Below, piece by piece: positions 10,420 to 20,469 of a stretch of 64,000 bases of DNA. The translations under genes were made by a program, and so were the position numbers. The notes under the pieces are model-generated. The model saw nothing but the letters and a program-made list of their open reading frames with translations. It made no database searches and had not been told where the DNA came from. The DNA is from a virus (lineage: Duplodnaviria > Caudoviricetes), in IMG/VR virus record IMGVR_UViG_3300022876_000002, one strand, 5' to 3'. The first letter of the stretch is position 1, and each line of letters opens with the position of its first letter.

Positions 10420-11487
10420 ATGGCAGATAATCCAACGAGTGGTTGGTTTGACGGAACACCAGGTAACGCAAAACCTGCCAGTAATTTAACTCCACAGTCT
10501 TTCGAAGACTACATGGACTTTGCACTGCGAGAGAACGGAGGGCCTGGTTATCGGTCAGTCCTCGTTAACTTGTTGCGCGGAGCTAGGATTTTGGGCCCTG
10601 GGAACCAACAGGCCCCCATCCCCGACGACACCATAGGATTAGTCTTCATGAACCGTCCGTGCTTGAATTTATCGGACAGTAACATCGAAGAACACCCGCA
10701 ATTACTGTCTTATATCAGCCCGCCACAAAACAGTCTCAACTCGTACATTAAAGGCTTGTTGGATCCTAACTGGGCTAAGGGCAACAGTGGTCTGGTGGAG
10801 TGGCTTGATCCACTTTATCCATGGATCGCTCCAGTTAGTAATTTGGTTAAAGTGTGCAGTGGCTTCCCAGACGTTAGTCTTAACGTAGCTCGTAGCACGC
10901 CAGGTATTCGTAAAGAGGTCTACCAATACGTCGACGGCATCTTAGCTGTCAACGGTGACTTCGATATGTCGTTGTCGTTCTATCCATTAAAGCATAACCT
11001 ACTGGCTACTATCTTCGATGTGTGGAACCACTACATTGATGGTGTGTCTACAGGTGACACTGGGATGGAGCCTTACTCGGAAGCACTGATTCAGAACTAC
11101 CGAGATTACGACTGTACTATCTTTACCGTTATCATGAATAAAAACATGCGTAACGTTGAAGGCATTTATAACAACTTCTATTGCTGGCCCAACACTTTCC
11201 CGAGTGGGGCATTCAGTGCGGTAGACCGTACCCAAGACACCTTGCGTGGCCAGGGGCAGGACGAACTCGAGATCCGGTTCCCTAGTGTTGGGTTCCGGTA
11301 TAACAACCTTAAAGTAGTGGACCGGTTCAACCGTATTACTCTGGCGTTCAATCCTAACATGCGTCCCGACCTGCGGGAGCAGAACTACAAGAAGTTAGAT
11401 GTGGCCGAGTACTTTGCGGGCGGTTACCATGCCTATCCATGGATCAACCCACTGAACATGGAAATGGAATACTGGAGCGCTAAATAA
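10420..11487 (+). CDS. Virion protein with tail-tube-like fold (tube initiator/baseplate)
   Basis: Start moved to MADNPTSG (10420, TATG context). The pattern DFDMSLSF...IFDVW...YDCTIF...CWPNTFP...ELEIRF resembles T4 gp19/gp48/gp54-type proteins. Confidence 0.5.
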   Translation: MADNPTSGWFDGTPGNAKPASNLTPQSFEDYMDFALRENGGPGYRSVLVNLLRGARILGPGNQQAPIPDDTIGLVFMNRPCLNLSDSNIEEHPQLLSYISPPQNSLNSYIKGLLDPNWAKGNSGLVEWLDPLYPWIAPVSNLVKVCSGFPDVSLNVARSTPGIRKEVYQYVDGILAVNGDFDMSLSFYPLKHNLLATIFDVWNHYIDGVSTGDTGMEPYSEALIQNYRDYDCTIFTVIMNKNMRNVEGIYNNFYCWPNTFPSGAFSAVDRTQDTLRGQGQDELEIRFPSVGFRYNNLKVVDRFNRITLAFNPNMRPDLREQNYKKLDVAEYFAGGYHAYPWINPLNMEMEYWSAK

Positions 11488-14423
11488 TGCCGATCACCCA
11501 AGACCAGTTAACCGCGTTAGCGGATAACCCCGAACGTGGTATTGACATCCTGATCAACGATGTCGAGAACAACTTCTTTAACAAGCGTGTCCAGCTGAAC
11601 AGCAAGACCCACCCGGCTATTCTGGCATACGACTTGATCCTCGGTACCACCCACGGTGTGCTGAACCGTATCGACGATTCGATCAGCAAGTCTTTCCCCG
11701 ACCATGCGCGGAATATCTCCGAGCTGGCCAAGCACATGGGTGACGAGGAAAAGATTGGCTTGTTTGGTATGCCTAGTAGTTGCACACTGTTACTGGGTAT
11801 CCAGATTGATGCCTTTAATAAGCTAGCAAAAGAAGAAACCGTAACGGTAGGGAAAATCACCAACAAGTACCGCGTGCTGTTGTTCCCGAAAGACACCGAG
11901 GTTTACTTCAACGGTATTCCTTTTGCTATCGAGAACGGTATCGAGATTCGTTTCCGTGACTCGTCAGGCTACCAGGTGGTTTACGACGAGAAGGTCCCTA
12001 ACCCACAAGCGCCTGTTCAACAGAACATCTTGCAGCGGGATTTCAAGACCGAGAACGGTGTTAACTTCCTGACTATCCAAGTGCCTGCTCGTCAGTTGGC
12101 TTGTAACCCAACTGAAGGTCTGACCTCCAACGCCTCGTCTGGTTGCCGTGGGCAGATCACCTACTCCGATAACTTGTATAACGTACGTGCGTTTATCCAA
12201 CGTGCCAACAGTAACGTTAAGCAAGAGATCAAGGTGGTGTTCGACCAAGACGTGTTCGACCAGAACAGCATCACGCTGGCGCTGAACATCGACACTACTA
12301 ATAAGACCTTCAACTACGAGATCCCGGACGTTTACATCCAGGATGGCAGTGGTGTTGGTACTATCAGTATTTACACTTACACCACGCTGGGGGAACTGAA
12401 CAAAGACTACCGCTCGATCCCATTGAAGGAAGTCAAGGTTAACTACCAAGACTACCGTTATGGTGCTGGTCGTCTGGGTGAGTACTCGGAAGGTATCCGT
12501 AACTCTGGTGCAATTGCCTGGGGTGCAATGACTCCTACCCGCGGTGGTACTACCCCTCCTCCATTCCTGGAGATCAAGCGTAGTTTCCTGTTGGGTCGTC
12601 GCCTGCGTACGTTGCCGATCACCAACAACAACCTGGAAGGTACCGTAGAAGCTTCTGGCTACAACTCGGTTAAAGTGATCGACTACCTCACTGGTCGTCA
12701 GTACTCGATTACTAAAGAGTTGCCTATCCAGGAGAACAAGAGTTTCTACAGTGCCATGTCTTGCTTTGTTGGTAGCCACTTGGCTTCGGCTAACCAACTG
12801 GTAAACAGCGGTGTGGTACTGGACAACGGTAAACGTATCACCATTCCACACAACGTGCTATTTGACGTGACCGACTACACTACACAGTTGGTAACCAGTG
12901 TGGTCAAGAACCGTTACCTGGGCCTTACCAATGAAGAACTGGTAGAGCTCATTGCTAACCGTACGTTGGTGTACACCCCGTTCTACTACGTGATGGACCT
13001 TACCAACAACCAAGCAGTGCTGCGTACTTACCACCTGGATGAACCAAAGCTTAACTACCAGACCTTTGTGTCTGAGAACGAAGCATTGGGTATCGAGGTC
13101 GGTGTAGGTTCTATTGATATCGAACACCAGGATGATGGCTACCTCATTACCCTGGTTACTCAGTCCAGTCAGTCGTACAAACAACTGGAGAACGACTCGG
13201 TCGGAATCCAGCTGTGCACGAACATCACTGACTCGATCTCGTTGGCTAGTGTGCGCGGTACATTCTTCGGGTTGAATGAGAACGACGAACGTATTTGGCA
13301 ATTCAAGCTGGATACCAACTACGACGTTGATGTTAACGACGTAATCTATTTCACCAACCTGTGGATGTTTGGTCAGAAGCAGTACAGTGTAGGTACTCCA
13401 CTGGATCTGAACATGTCGTTCATTTTCACAATGGATGGTGACCCTGCTAGTACTGACACGCCTAGCGACCGGAAAATCGAACAGCCAATGTTTGAAGACC
13501 TGCAGCTGGCTATCATTGAGACCTCCTACTCGGTAACCCTGGGTAAACGTTTGGGTAACCTATACAGCCGTATCCGGCCACTGGTTGGGGAGGGTCAGTA
13601 CAAACGCTATGAGACCGATATCCCACAGCGTTATGAAGTCGATGAGCTTAAGCGTGACCCAGAAACTGGTAACTTGGTGTTTGACTCCCAGGGCAAAGTG
13701 ATTATCCTGCATCGTGCAGGTGACATCGAATACGCCCCTAACGGACAGCCACGTCTGAAGTACCTGAAGAACGATATCGTCATGGACGAGAACGGTAACC
13801 CAGTTCCACTGGCTCCTCGTGATCTCCTATACCACTTCGACTTCATTGGTTTCGATGGTGCTTACTACTTCAGTCGTGATGATTACGACAAGGAGTTCGC
13901 CCAAGAGACCAAGGACCACTTCATCAACGTCATTAACGTCGACATGCAGTATTTCGACACACTGATGTTGGACCGCACCGGTCTGTTCTATCAACCACGT
14001 AGCAAGATCGGATCGCAGGAGGTCGTTGTTAACAGCAACTACCAGATGGCGCTCAAACAAGACCTTAGCTTCGTGTTGGTGTACTACCTCTCGGAGACTG
14101 GCTACAAGAACCAGAACCTCAAAGAGTCCTTACTGGCTGCAAGCCCACGCTTGATCAACCAGACGCTCGCTGGGGCTACTCAGATCTCGACTGCCGAGCT
14201 TACTACTATTCTGTTGGCGGATGCGCCAGAAGACGTACGTGGTCTCAAACTGTCGGCACTGGCTGGAGACTCCACGATTGACATCATCAGTAACGAAGAC
14301 GCGCTTACCGGTTTCGGTGTGCGTAAAGTCTTGCGTCTTACTAGTGACCAGTTGATCTCGGTACAAGAAGCGGTAGATGTAACGTTCATGCCTCACGACG
14401 TAAACATGGTAACAATCAAATAG
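11487..14423 (+). CDS. Large baseplate/virion structural protein
   Basis: 978 aa ORF coupled to the preceding gene, ending at a 14-bp convergent hairpin; phiKZ gp87 position. Confidence 0.55.
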   Translation: MPITQDQLTALADNPERGIDILINDVENNFFNKRVQLNSKTHPAILAYDLILGTTHGVLNRIDDSISKSFPDHARNISELAKHMGDEEKIGLFGMPSSCTLLLGIQIDAFNKLAKEETVTVGKITNKYRVLLFPKDTEVYFNGIPFAIENGIEIRFRDSSGYQVVYDEKVPNPQAPVQQNILQRDFKTENGVNFLTIQVPARQLACNPTEGLTSNASSGCRGQITYSDNLYNVRAFIQRANSNVKQEIKVVFDQDVFDQNSITLALNIDTTNKTFNYEIPDVYIQDGSGVGTISIYTYTTLGELNKDYRSIPLKEVKVNYQDYRYGAGRLGEYSEGIRNSGAIAWGAMTPTRGGTTPPPFLEIKRSFLLGRRLRTLPITNNNLEGTVEASGYNSVKVIDYLTGRQYSITKELPIQENKSFYSAMSCFVGSHLASANQLVNSGVVLDNGKRITIPHNVLFDVTDYTTQLVTSVVKNRYLGLTNEELVELIANRTLVYTPFYYVMDLTNNQAVLRTYHLDEPKLNYQTFVSENEALGIEVGVGSIDIEHQDDGYLITLVTQSSQSYKQLENDSVGIQLCTNITDSISLASVRGTFFGLNENDERIWQFKLDTNYDVDVNDVIYFTNLWMFGQKQYSVGTPLDLNMSFIFTMDGDPASTDTPSDRKIEQPMFEDLQLAIIETSYSVTLGKRLGNLYSRIRPLVGEGQYKRYETDIPQRYEVDELKRDPETGNLVFDSQGKVIILHRAGDIEYAPNGQPRLKYLKNDIVMDENGNPVPLAPRDLLYHFDFIGFDGAYYFSRDDYDKEFAQETKDHFINVINVDMQYFDTLMLDRTGLFYQPRSKIGSQEVVVNSNYQMALKQDLSFVLVYYLSETGYKNQNLKESLLAASPRLINQTLAGATQISTAELTTILLADAPEDVRGLKLSALAGDSTIDIISNEDALTGFGVRKVLRLTSDQLISVQEAVDVTFMPHDVNMVTIK

Positions 14424-14432
14424 CAACCCCTA

Positions 14433-14464
14433 CTACCCCTACTCCCTTGCGGGAGTAGGGGTAG
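14433..14464. terminator. Bidirectional hairpin between convergent genes
   Basis: 14-bp perfect stem with a TTGC loop. Confidence 0.75.
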
Positions 14465-14471
14465 GTAAGGA

Positions 14472-15227
14472 TTACATTTCCAACACGATTTCCAGCTTGA
14501 CTACGAGCTCGTTCAAATACTCAGCAAACAGCTGGGTAATGTTAAGCTCTGCCAGGTAACGGTCAGCTTCCCACTTCACACCATGCAGGCTGGTGTAGTC
14601 GTCGGTGTAATGCACGTCCTTGTTGCGACGTTCCAGGAAGCGATTATGAGCTGCTTTGAGATCGGTATCGAACTCAGTCAACATCAGGTAGTCACCGTCT
14701 TCAATACACTGAGAATTGACAATGTAGTCTTTCCAGGTAGGAGTCTCGGCTACTTCTTCAACGCTGAGCTCAAACGAGCAATACTTAACGCCTTCGATGT
14801 AAGTGAGTACGTTTTTACGGAACTCATTCACAGCATCCAGACCGATTGGGTCATTGATGTCAAATTGGTTAAGCTTGGCCAATACCACACCCACGGTGCG
14901 CTCGATATATTCGTGCGCTTCCAGTACGTACTCCACAGCGGGTTTCATATCGCCGAGCAGGTTAGCCACTGCATAAGGCGGCAGCGGTGCGTACATGATG
15001 GTGTTGGAGTTCTCGCGGGGGAAGTTAACTACTAGGCGGGCCAGTAACTTCTTGGCATCGCTAGACTCACCCCAGATGGTCTTGATAATGGTGCGAGCAA
15101 TGGACATGCTTACACCACGGCCTAACTCTTCTTTGATCATGCCCATTGATTCTTGAGCTTCACGAATACGAGTGTCGGCAATACCTTTCTTGGTACTCAA
15201 GGTATCCCAGATCATGCTTTTCTCCAT
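14472..15227 (-). CDS. Hypothetical or virion protein
   Basis: 251 aa ORF overlapping the upstream gene by a few codons. Confidence 0.6.
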   Translation of the reverse strand: MEKSMIWDTLSTKKGIADTRIREAQESMGMIKEELGRGVSMSIARTIIKTIWGESSDAKKLLARLVVNFPRENSNTIMYAPLPPYAVANLLGDMKPAVEYVLEAHEYIERTVGVVLAKLNQFDINDPIGLDAVNEFRKNVLTYIEGVKYCSFELSVEEVAETPTWKDYIVNSQCIEDGDYLMLTEFDTDLKAAHNRFLERRNKDVHYTDDYTSLHGVKWEADRYLAELNITQLFAEYLNELVVKLEIVLEM

Positions 15228-16759
15228 CCGACCTGACGGGCGAAGTTGTTGTAGGTTTCTTTGAGTTCCTTCAGGTTGGGCTCAATCACTGCATGCAGTG
15301 TACCGCTAGCCCGTTCCATGAAGGTTTTAGCATCCGCATCCTTGATAAACATCAAAGGCTGTGGACGACCCTTCTTATCCAGCAACGGCTTGTGCCCGTG
15401 TGCCTTGGCATCAGCAACTGCGGCCATCATGATGTCCAGGTCACCGATTACTCCACCCATGTAGTAAGCATAGGTACGGTTGTGCCATTCCACCAGGTTG
15501 ATGATCTGCTTCTGCACCACGTTCAGCGACTGCGACACACTGTAGCAGAACTGGGTAAAGTTCCGCACTTCCATGGTCATACGCTGGTACTCAGCAGTAA
15601 GCTGGTGTTGCTTAGGCAGTTTGGTGTAACCGTAGAAACTGTTCATGTCTTCGATTTTGTCTGCATCAGACTTGTCGATCAACTCACCCAGTTCTTTCCA
15701 ATTGATACCGCTGAGGTCCAACTGTTTGTCGGAGATCTCTTGGTAGCGCTTGTTGAGTGCCTGGATGTTAACGAACAGCTGCGGGATATCCTGCGGAGCC
15801 AACTGAATGGTTTGCGTGTGGATATCCTGCTTGAGCTTAGCACGGACTTTGTCAAACCCTTCGGTCAGTTCTTCGTTAGTGAAACTGACTTTGTAGAGTT
15901 CTTCGTAGACCTTACCGACTACGACAGTAATAGGCTGGACGTCCAGGCTAGCCTTGACTTCCTCGATGCCTTTAACTACACGCACGGCTTCAGGGGAATC
16001 CCCCATGCTCAGTTGCTCACCACGGCTACGGCGTGCCACAAACTGTTTGTGCTCTTCTTTCAAGGTCTTCTTGAATCGACGAGCAGCCTGGTCGGCTTTG
16101 TTGCTAGCCTGATTCAGTTTGGACACGGCATCCTTGAGCAAAGGCAGTGCGGTGTGCAGGCCCTTGATCGAGTCCATATCCTTTTCCATTTTGGATTTAA
16201 GGATGTGGAGCTGGGTAACCGGGGACTTGCCTGGAGCCATCTCGCCCAGATAAGCCTCTACGTTGTACGTAGCCGCAGGGAAGCCCAGGCCTTTGAGAGT
16301 CTCAGCAAACTGTTGTTTCAGATCATCCAAGGAGTCATCGATCTCCTTATTGATACGCGCAGACTTACGGAAACCGAAGAAGGTCTTGACGATATCTACT
16401 ACCCAGTCAATAGCCATACGGATATAACGGATAACAGCTGCAACACCTTCCTTGAATTTCTCAGCTACGTAGCCAAAGAACCCTTCTGCACCGGTACGAG
16501 CGTTACGCTCCGATGGGAAAGGATCATAGCGGTTAGCACCATCGAGGTCTAACTGCTTAGCGATATCGCGGGACAACTTACCCATAGACAACTGCTCGAA
16601 GCCCTGCATCATCACAGTGCCTTCTTGCTGGTTGGTCTCTTTGAAGTATTCGTCCAGGTCGACTCGCTGTTTACCCGAACCTGGCTGATATGAATCAGTG
16701 GGGCTCGAGTTACCTACCTGCTTGTAGGAATCGATTTGTTCCCCAGCTTCATCACTCAT
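15212..16759 (-). CDS. Head protein paralog
   Basis: 515 aa with QGFEQ and TGAEGFF motifs, then FGYVAEKFKEGVAAVIRYIRMAIDWVVDIVKTFFG. Confidence 0.65.
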   Translation of the reverse strand: MSDEAGEQIDSYKQVGNSSPTDSYQPGSGKQRVDLDEYFKETNQQEGTVMMQGFEQLSMGKLSRDIAKQLDLDGANRYDPFPSERNARTGAEGFFGYVAEKFKEGVAAVIRYIRMAIDWVVDIVKTFFGFRKSARINKEIDDSLDDLKQQFAETLKGLGFPAATYNVEAYLGEMAPGKSPVTQLHILKSKMEKDMDSIKGLHTALPLLKDAVSKLNQASNKADQAARRFKKTLKEEHKQFVARRSRGEQLSMGDSPEAVRVVKGIEEVKASLDVQPITVVVGKVYEELYKVSFTNEELTEGFDKVRAKLKQDIHTQTIQLAPQDIPQLFVNIQALNKRYQEISDKQLDLSGINWKELGELIDKSDADKIEDMNSFYGYTKLPKQHQLTAEYQRMTMEVRNFTQFCYSVSQSLNVVQKQIINLVEWHNRTYAYYMGGVIGDLDIMMAAVADAKAHGHKPLLDKKGRPQPLMFIKDADAKTFMERASGTLHAVIEPNLKELKETYNNFARQVGWRKA

Positions 16760-17162
16760 TGCCGTGCTCCAGTTCTTTGGACAGGTACTGTACCAGTTCG
16801 TTGAAACCAGGTGCCTCGGCGACGTTCACTTCCAAGCCTTCTTCTTGCGGCCAGGTATTGAACTGCTTGGCGCAAGGCAGAGTACCCGAAGTAGCCAGGG
16901 CGCCAGCAATCAGGTTGGTACGGCTGAACACCGAGTTGTGGATGTAGGGAGCGTTAACTGGCGACACACGGTTCCAGCATTCCAGCTGCTTCCACAGCTT
17001 GGCTTTGAACGCTTCTACGTTATGACCTGGGTGGCTGTAGTTGACCATCAGCGCTGCGCGGATGTAAGCCTCGTTGAGCAGGTGGGACTGCTCCATTGGG
17101 CAGAGCACACCTTTCTCGGTCAGGAAGTTCTTGATAGGCAATACGTGGACGAGATGCGACAT
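16752..17162 (-). CDS. Hypothetical protein
   Basis: 136 aa ORF with GGAG upstream, coupled to the next gene. Confidence 0.6.
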   Translation of the reverse strand: MSHLVHVLPIKNFLTEKGVLCPMEQSHLLNEAYIRAALMVNYSHPGHNVEAFKAKLWKQLECWNRVSPVNAPYIHNSVFSRTNLIAGALATSGTLPCAKQFNTWPQEEGLEVNVAEAPGFNELVQYLSKELEHGNE

Positions 17163-17174
17163 AGGGTTAACTCC

Positions 17175-18593
17175 TTATGCGAGGGTTTTGAGACGCTCAG
17201 CGAAGACCGTCATTTCGTTATTGACAAGTGCTTGAGTAAAGTGCTCGTGTTCGGACTTCTTGAAATCAGAACCTTTCAGCAACCAGCCAAGCATGCGCTT
17301 AAGGGCAGTACCCTCGTACCATGGCTTGATGGTCTTGTTGATCTCGAGGAGTTTCTCGATATCTTTGAGCAATTCGGCTTTATCGGCAGCTGGCATTTCT
17401 ACTTCTTTCAGCTTGGCGATCAATTGTCGCACAGCGTCTTCGAAGCGACGATGGTTGGAGTTGTACACACCGTGGAAGCCAGGCATGAAGTACCCGATAA
17501 CCGTGGCTACCAGGAAAATCAGCAAACCACCTGCTGCCAGTACACTGAGTGGGATACCAGCCAATGCCATGGTCAGTAGTGACCCGGCAAACAGCATAGC
17601 ACTGATCAGGGTATAGACAATGCCGAACATCATTGCGTTCATCACAGTCATGATGCAGCCGTGGTCTACCAATGCGCCGATTGCTGCTACCACAGCTTTA
17701 CCGCAACCCATACGGATGGCATAGACGTCAGCGATGACCTCACTAGACATCTCTTCTACACCGAGCGACAGTGCCCGGGAGGTATTACGTTGTGCTACCA
17801 GCTTGTTGAAGAACAACAGCATAGCAGCGTCGCTTTCATCTTGAGCGATCTCCTGGAGTTCTTGCTGCTTAGGAGCAGGTAGTTCCAGGAGCTGCGCTGT
17901 GTCTTTCAGCACAGTAATACGTTCTTCACGAGACTGACCACCACGATAGTGGTTCAGTGCAGCACGCGAGATAACGTTGTCTGCGGCCATGGTAGCCATC
18001 AACGCACAGCCACCGTAGCAGTGGCCCATCTCGTGTGTGATAGCACCGCTCAGTACTTCATGCATCGGCACTTCGTACTTTTCGATTTTATCACTAGGGA
18101 AAGTTAGCTTGAGGTTGGCGTTAATTTTCATGGTAATAGGCAAGTCCTGGAAACTACCAGTAACCCGACCAGTACGGAAATCAACACCACCTTCAAAGAC
18201 TTTCTCTTTGTTCTTTACGAACCACTTGTAAAGAGTGGTTTCCGCAGGCTTGAGGAACTCGTCCAGCCCTTTGGAGTTGAGTACGTGTTTGGGAGAAAAG
18301 TAGCCGACGTTGACCGAGAGGTTGCCATCTTCCACGAGTTCTATCTTGATATTACGAAAACCAATATATTCTTTGATAATGTCTTTGATGCCTTGGTAAG
18401 CATCCTTGGACAAAACCAGTTGCCCGTTTATCATCTCTGCCAAATGGCTAGATAATTTTCTGTGAAAATCATCGCTTTGAAAATCGATGAATTCCAGACC
18501 TCCCCGTTGCATGGTCAGGAACGACATGGAAAGCATGGCTACCACCCCTATATTTTTAACTGAGTCGCTATGGATATAGCGCAAAATCGGCAT
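17175..18593 (-). CDS. Virion-type protein with M48-like zinc metallopeptidase motifs and hydrophobic helices
   Basis: AITHEMGH (HExxH), EVIADVYAIRMG, a long hydrophobic segment and an N-terminal GGLEF motif. The true start is probably a downstream Met. Confidence 0.6.
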   Translation of the reverse strand: MPILRYIHSDSVKNIGVVAMLSMSFLTMQRGGLEFIDFQSDDFHRKLSSHLAEMINGQLVLSKDAYQGIKDIIKEYIGFRNIKIELVEDGNLSVNVGYFSPKHVLNSKGLDEFLKPAETTLYKWFVKNKEKVFEGGVDFRTGRVTGSFQDLPITMKINANLKLTFPSDKIEKYEVPMHEVLSGAITHEMGHCYGGCALMATMAADNVISRAALNHYRGGQSREERITVLKDTAQLLELPAPKQQELQEIAQDESDAAMLLFFNKLVAQRNTSRALSLGVEEMSSEVIADVYAIRMGCGKAVVAAIGALVDHGCIMTVMNAMMFGIVYTLISAMLFAGSLLTMALAGIPLSVLAAGGLLIFLVATVIGYFMPGFHGVYNSNHRRFEDAVRQLIAKLKEVEMPAADKAELLKDIEKLLEINKTIKPWYEGTALKRMLGWLLKGSDFKKSEHEHFTQALVNNEMTVFAERLKTLA

Positions 18594-18610
18594 AAAATGC
18601 AGGCCAAATA

Positions 18611-20413
18611 ATGACCACTACGAATTCACCAATTGTAGCTAGAGTTTGTAAAAGTGCTGGCTATAGTCTGCATCAAAGCGACCGTAGTCAAGACTTGTTG
18701 TGTGCAAAGATCACCAACATCCACGAAGACGGTAGCCGTACCAATTCTTTCATTGCAATCAAGAACTACAAACAACCGTTCTGGATTGTAAAAGATGTAC
18801 ACCGTAAGTTCGAGCAACACAAGGATTACATCAAAGAAACAATGGTTCGCGAGTACCGGTCACCACGGTGCCGTATCCCGTTTGAGGTCAAGAAACAGCT
18901 TTATGGAGCGGCAGACTATAAAGCTAGTATGCGTGATGTTAAGTCTGAACAGTTTGTATTTGGTTTAGACCAGACCCCGCCAGTACACTTCAAGCGTCGG
19001 TTCTTTGAGAAATACGGGGAGATCCAAGAGAAAGAACCTTACACCTTAGCAGCGTTCGACGTCGAAGCCGACATGGATAAGCCGGACCAGCCGATTATCT
19101 GTGCTTCGGTCACCATGAAGGACAAGGCATATTTCGCTGGGGTGCGTAGCTGGTATAAAGAGGATAGTGATGAGACTATTCTTAGTAAGCTCAAAGCAGC
19201 TGAAGACAAGTACGTTAAGGAACACGTTGAGCGTCGTAAGTGCAAGATTGTTTATGAACTGTTCGACACACCTGGTCAAGTAGTAGCAGCTTGTATCGGT
19301 AAGTTCCACGAGTGGGAACCAGACTGGGTGGCTAGCTGGAACGCAGCTTACGATATGGAAGCTTGCGAGAAGGCGCTTATCAAGGAAGGGTACAACCTAG
19401 CCGATATCTACTGCGACCCACGTGTACCTAAAGAGTTCCGCTCGTACGAGTACAACCCTGGTCGTACCCACAAGGTTAAAGAGAACGGTGATCGCACACC
19501 ACTCGAGCCACAAGAGAAATTCCCAAGTGTCAGATGTCAGGCTACTTGGAAGTGGGCAGATGCCATGTCGGTATACGCCATTAAACGCTTCCCGTTCGGT
19601 AAGTTGGAATCGTACTCACTGGAAGCTATTGCTACTCGTGAGGAAGTGCCTGGTAAACTGTACACCGAGGAAGGTCGTGGCTGGGGTAACGGATCGCCAC
19701 AGTGGCACCGGAACATGCAGCGTCAGCAGAAGTACCTGTACTCGATCTACAACATTGCCGATAACTGGCCGATTGAAGAGATCAACGAGAAGACGTTCGA
19801 CTTCACACTGTCGTTACCGATGCTGTTAAGGTACTCTGAGTACTTCAACTTTGTGTCGCAACCTACACTGATCTCGGATACCTTGTCGTTCGTGGCTAAA
19901 GAGCACGGTTATGTATGGGGTAGTACACCACCTCGTCGTGATGACTTCTTTACTTCGCGTCTGCCTACACTGGGTGACTGGATTGCTCTGCTTGACACCG
20001 AGAAAAACTCGAGTCAGGGTAGCTTCCTGTTTGCTGGTCTGGAAGACGTACAGTCTCAAGGTCGTGCTGCTACATCTGACTTGGACGTGGAGGGTGCATA
20101 CCCAACTGGTACACTGACTGGTAACGTGTCTAACACTACTACCATGATGGAAGTATATCGTATCCAAGGTGCTGACTCGATGCAGCTGCGTGAGATTGCT
20201 GTTAACTACGCAAGTAGTCCAGCAGCTAACGCAATCAGTCTGGCTAACAAACTGTATGGTTTCCCACGTATCTCCGAACTCAAAGATGTGTTCGAGCGTT
20301 GCCTGGGTGAGCGCGGTATGGAAGCACAGCTGTACACGCTGCAGAATGCTAAACCGAAACCTGCTCCTGTTGTTGACGAAACCCTTAACCCAGACCTGCC
20401 AATGGCAGCATAA
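18611..20413 (+). CDS. Family-B DNA polymerase, exonuclease-containing subunit (phiKZ gp82-like)
   Basis: ExoI FDVEADM, ExoII WNAAYDM, ExoIII YNIADN and polymerase motif A SDLDVEGAYP. Confidence 0.85.
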   Translation: MTTTNSPIVARVCKSAGYSLHQSDRSQDLLCAKITNIHEDGSRTNSFIAIKNYKQPFWIVKDVHRKFEQHKDYIKETMVREYRSPRCRIPFEVKKQLYGAADYKASMRDVKSEQFVFGLDQTPPVHFKRRFFEKYGEIQEKEPYTLAAFDVEADMDKPDQPIICASVTMKDKAYFAGVRSWYKEDSDETILSKLKAAEDKYVKEHVERRKCKIVYELFDTPGQVVAACIGKFHEWEPDWVASWNAAYDMEACEKALIKEGYNLADIYCDPRVPKEFRSYEYNPGRTHKVKENGDRTPLEPQEKFPSVRCQATWKWADAMSVYAIKRFPFGKLESYSLEAIATREEVPGKLYTEEGRGWGNGSPQWHRNMQRQQKYLYSIYNIADNWPIEEINEKTFDFTLSLPMLLRYSEYFNFVSQPTLISDTLSFVAKEHGYVWGSTPPRRDDFFTSRLPTLGDWIALLDTEKNSSQGSFLFAGLEDVQSQGRAATSDLDVEGAYPTGTLTGNVSNTTTMMEVYRIQGADSMQLREIAVNYASSPAANAISLANKLYGFPRISELKDVFERCLGERGMEAQLYTLQNAKPKPAPVVDETLNPDLPMAA

Positions 20414-20422
20414 CAGACATAA

Positions 20423-20456
20423 CCCTACCCTAGCCCCGCTAAGGGCTAGGGTAGGG
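20423..20456. terminator. Bidirectional hairpin between convergent genes
   Basis: 14-bp perfect stem CCCTACCCTAGCCC/GGGCTAGGGTAGGG. Confidence 0.75.
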
Positions 20457-20469
20457 ACTATGCACGCAA

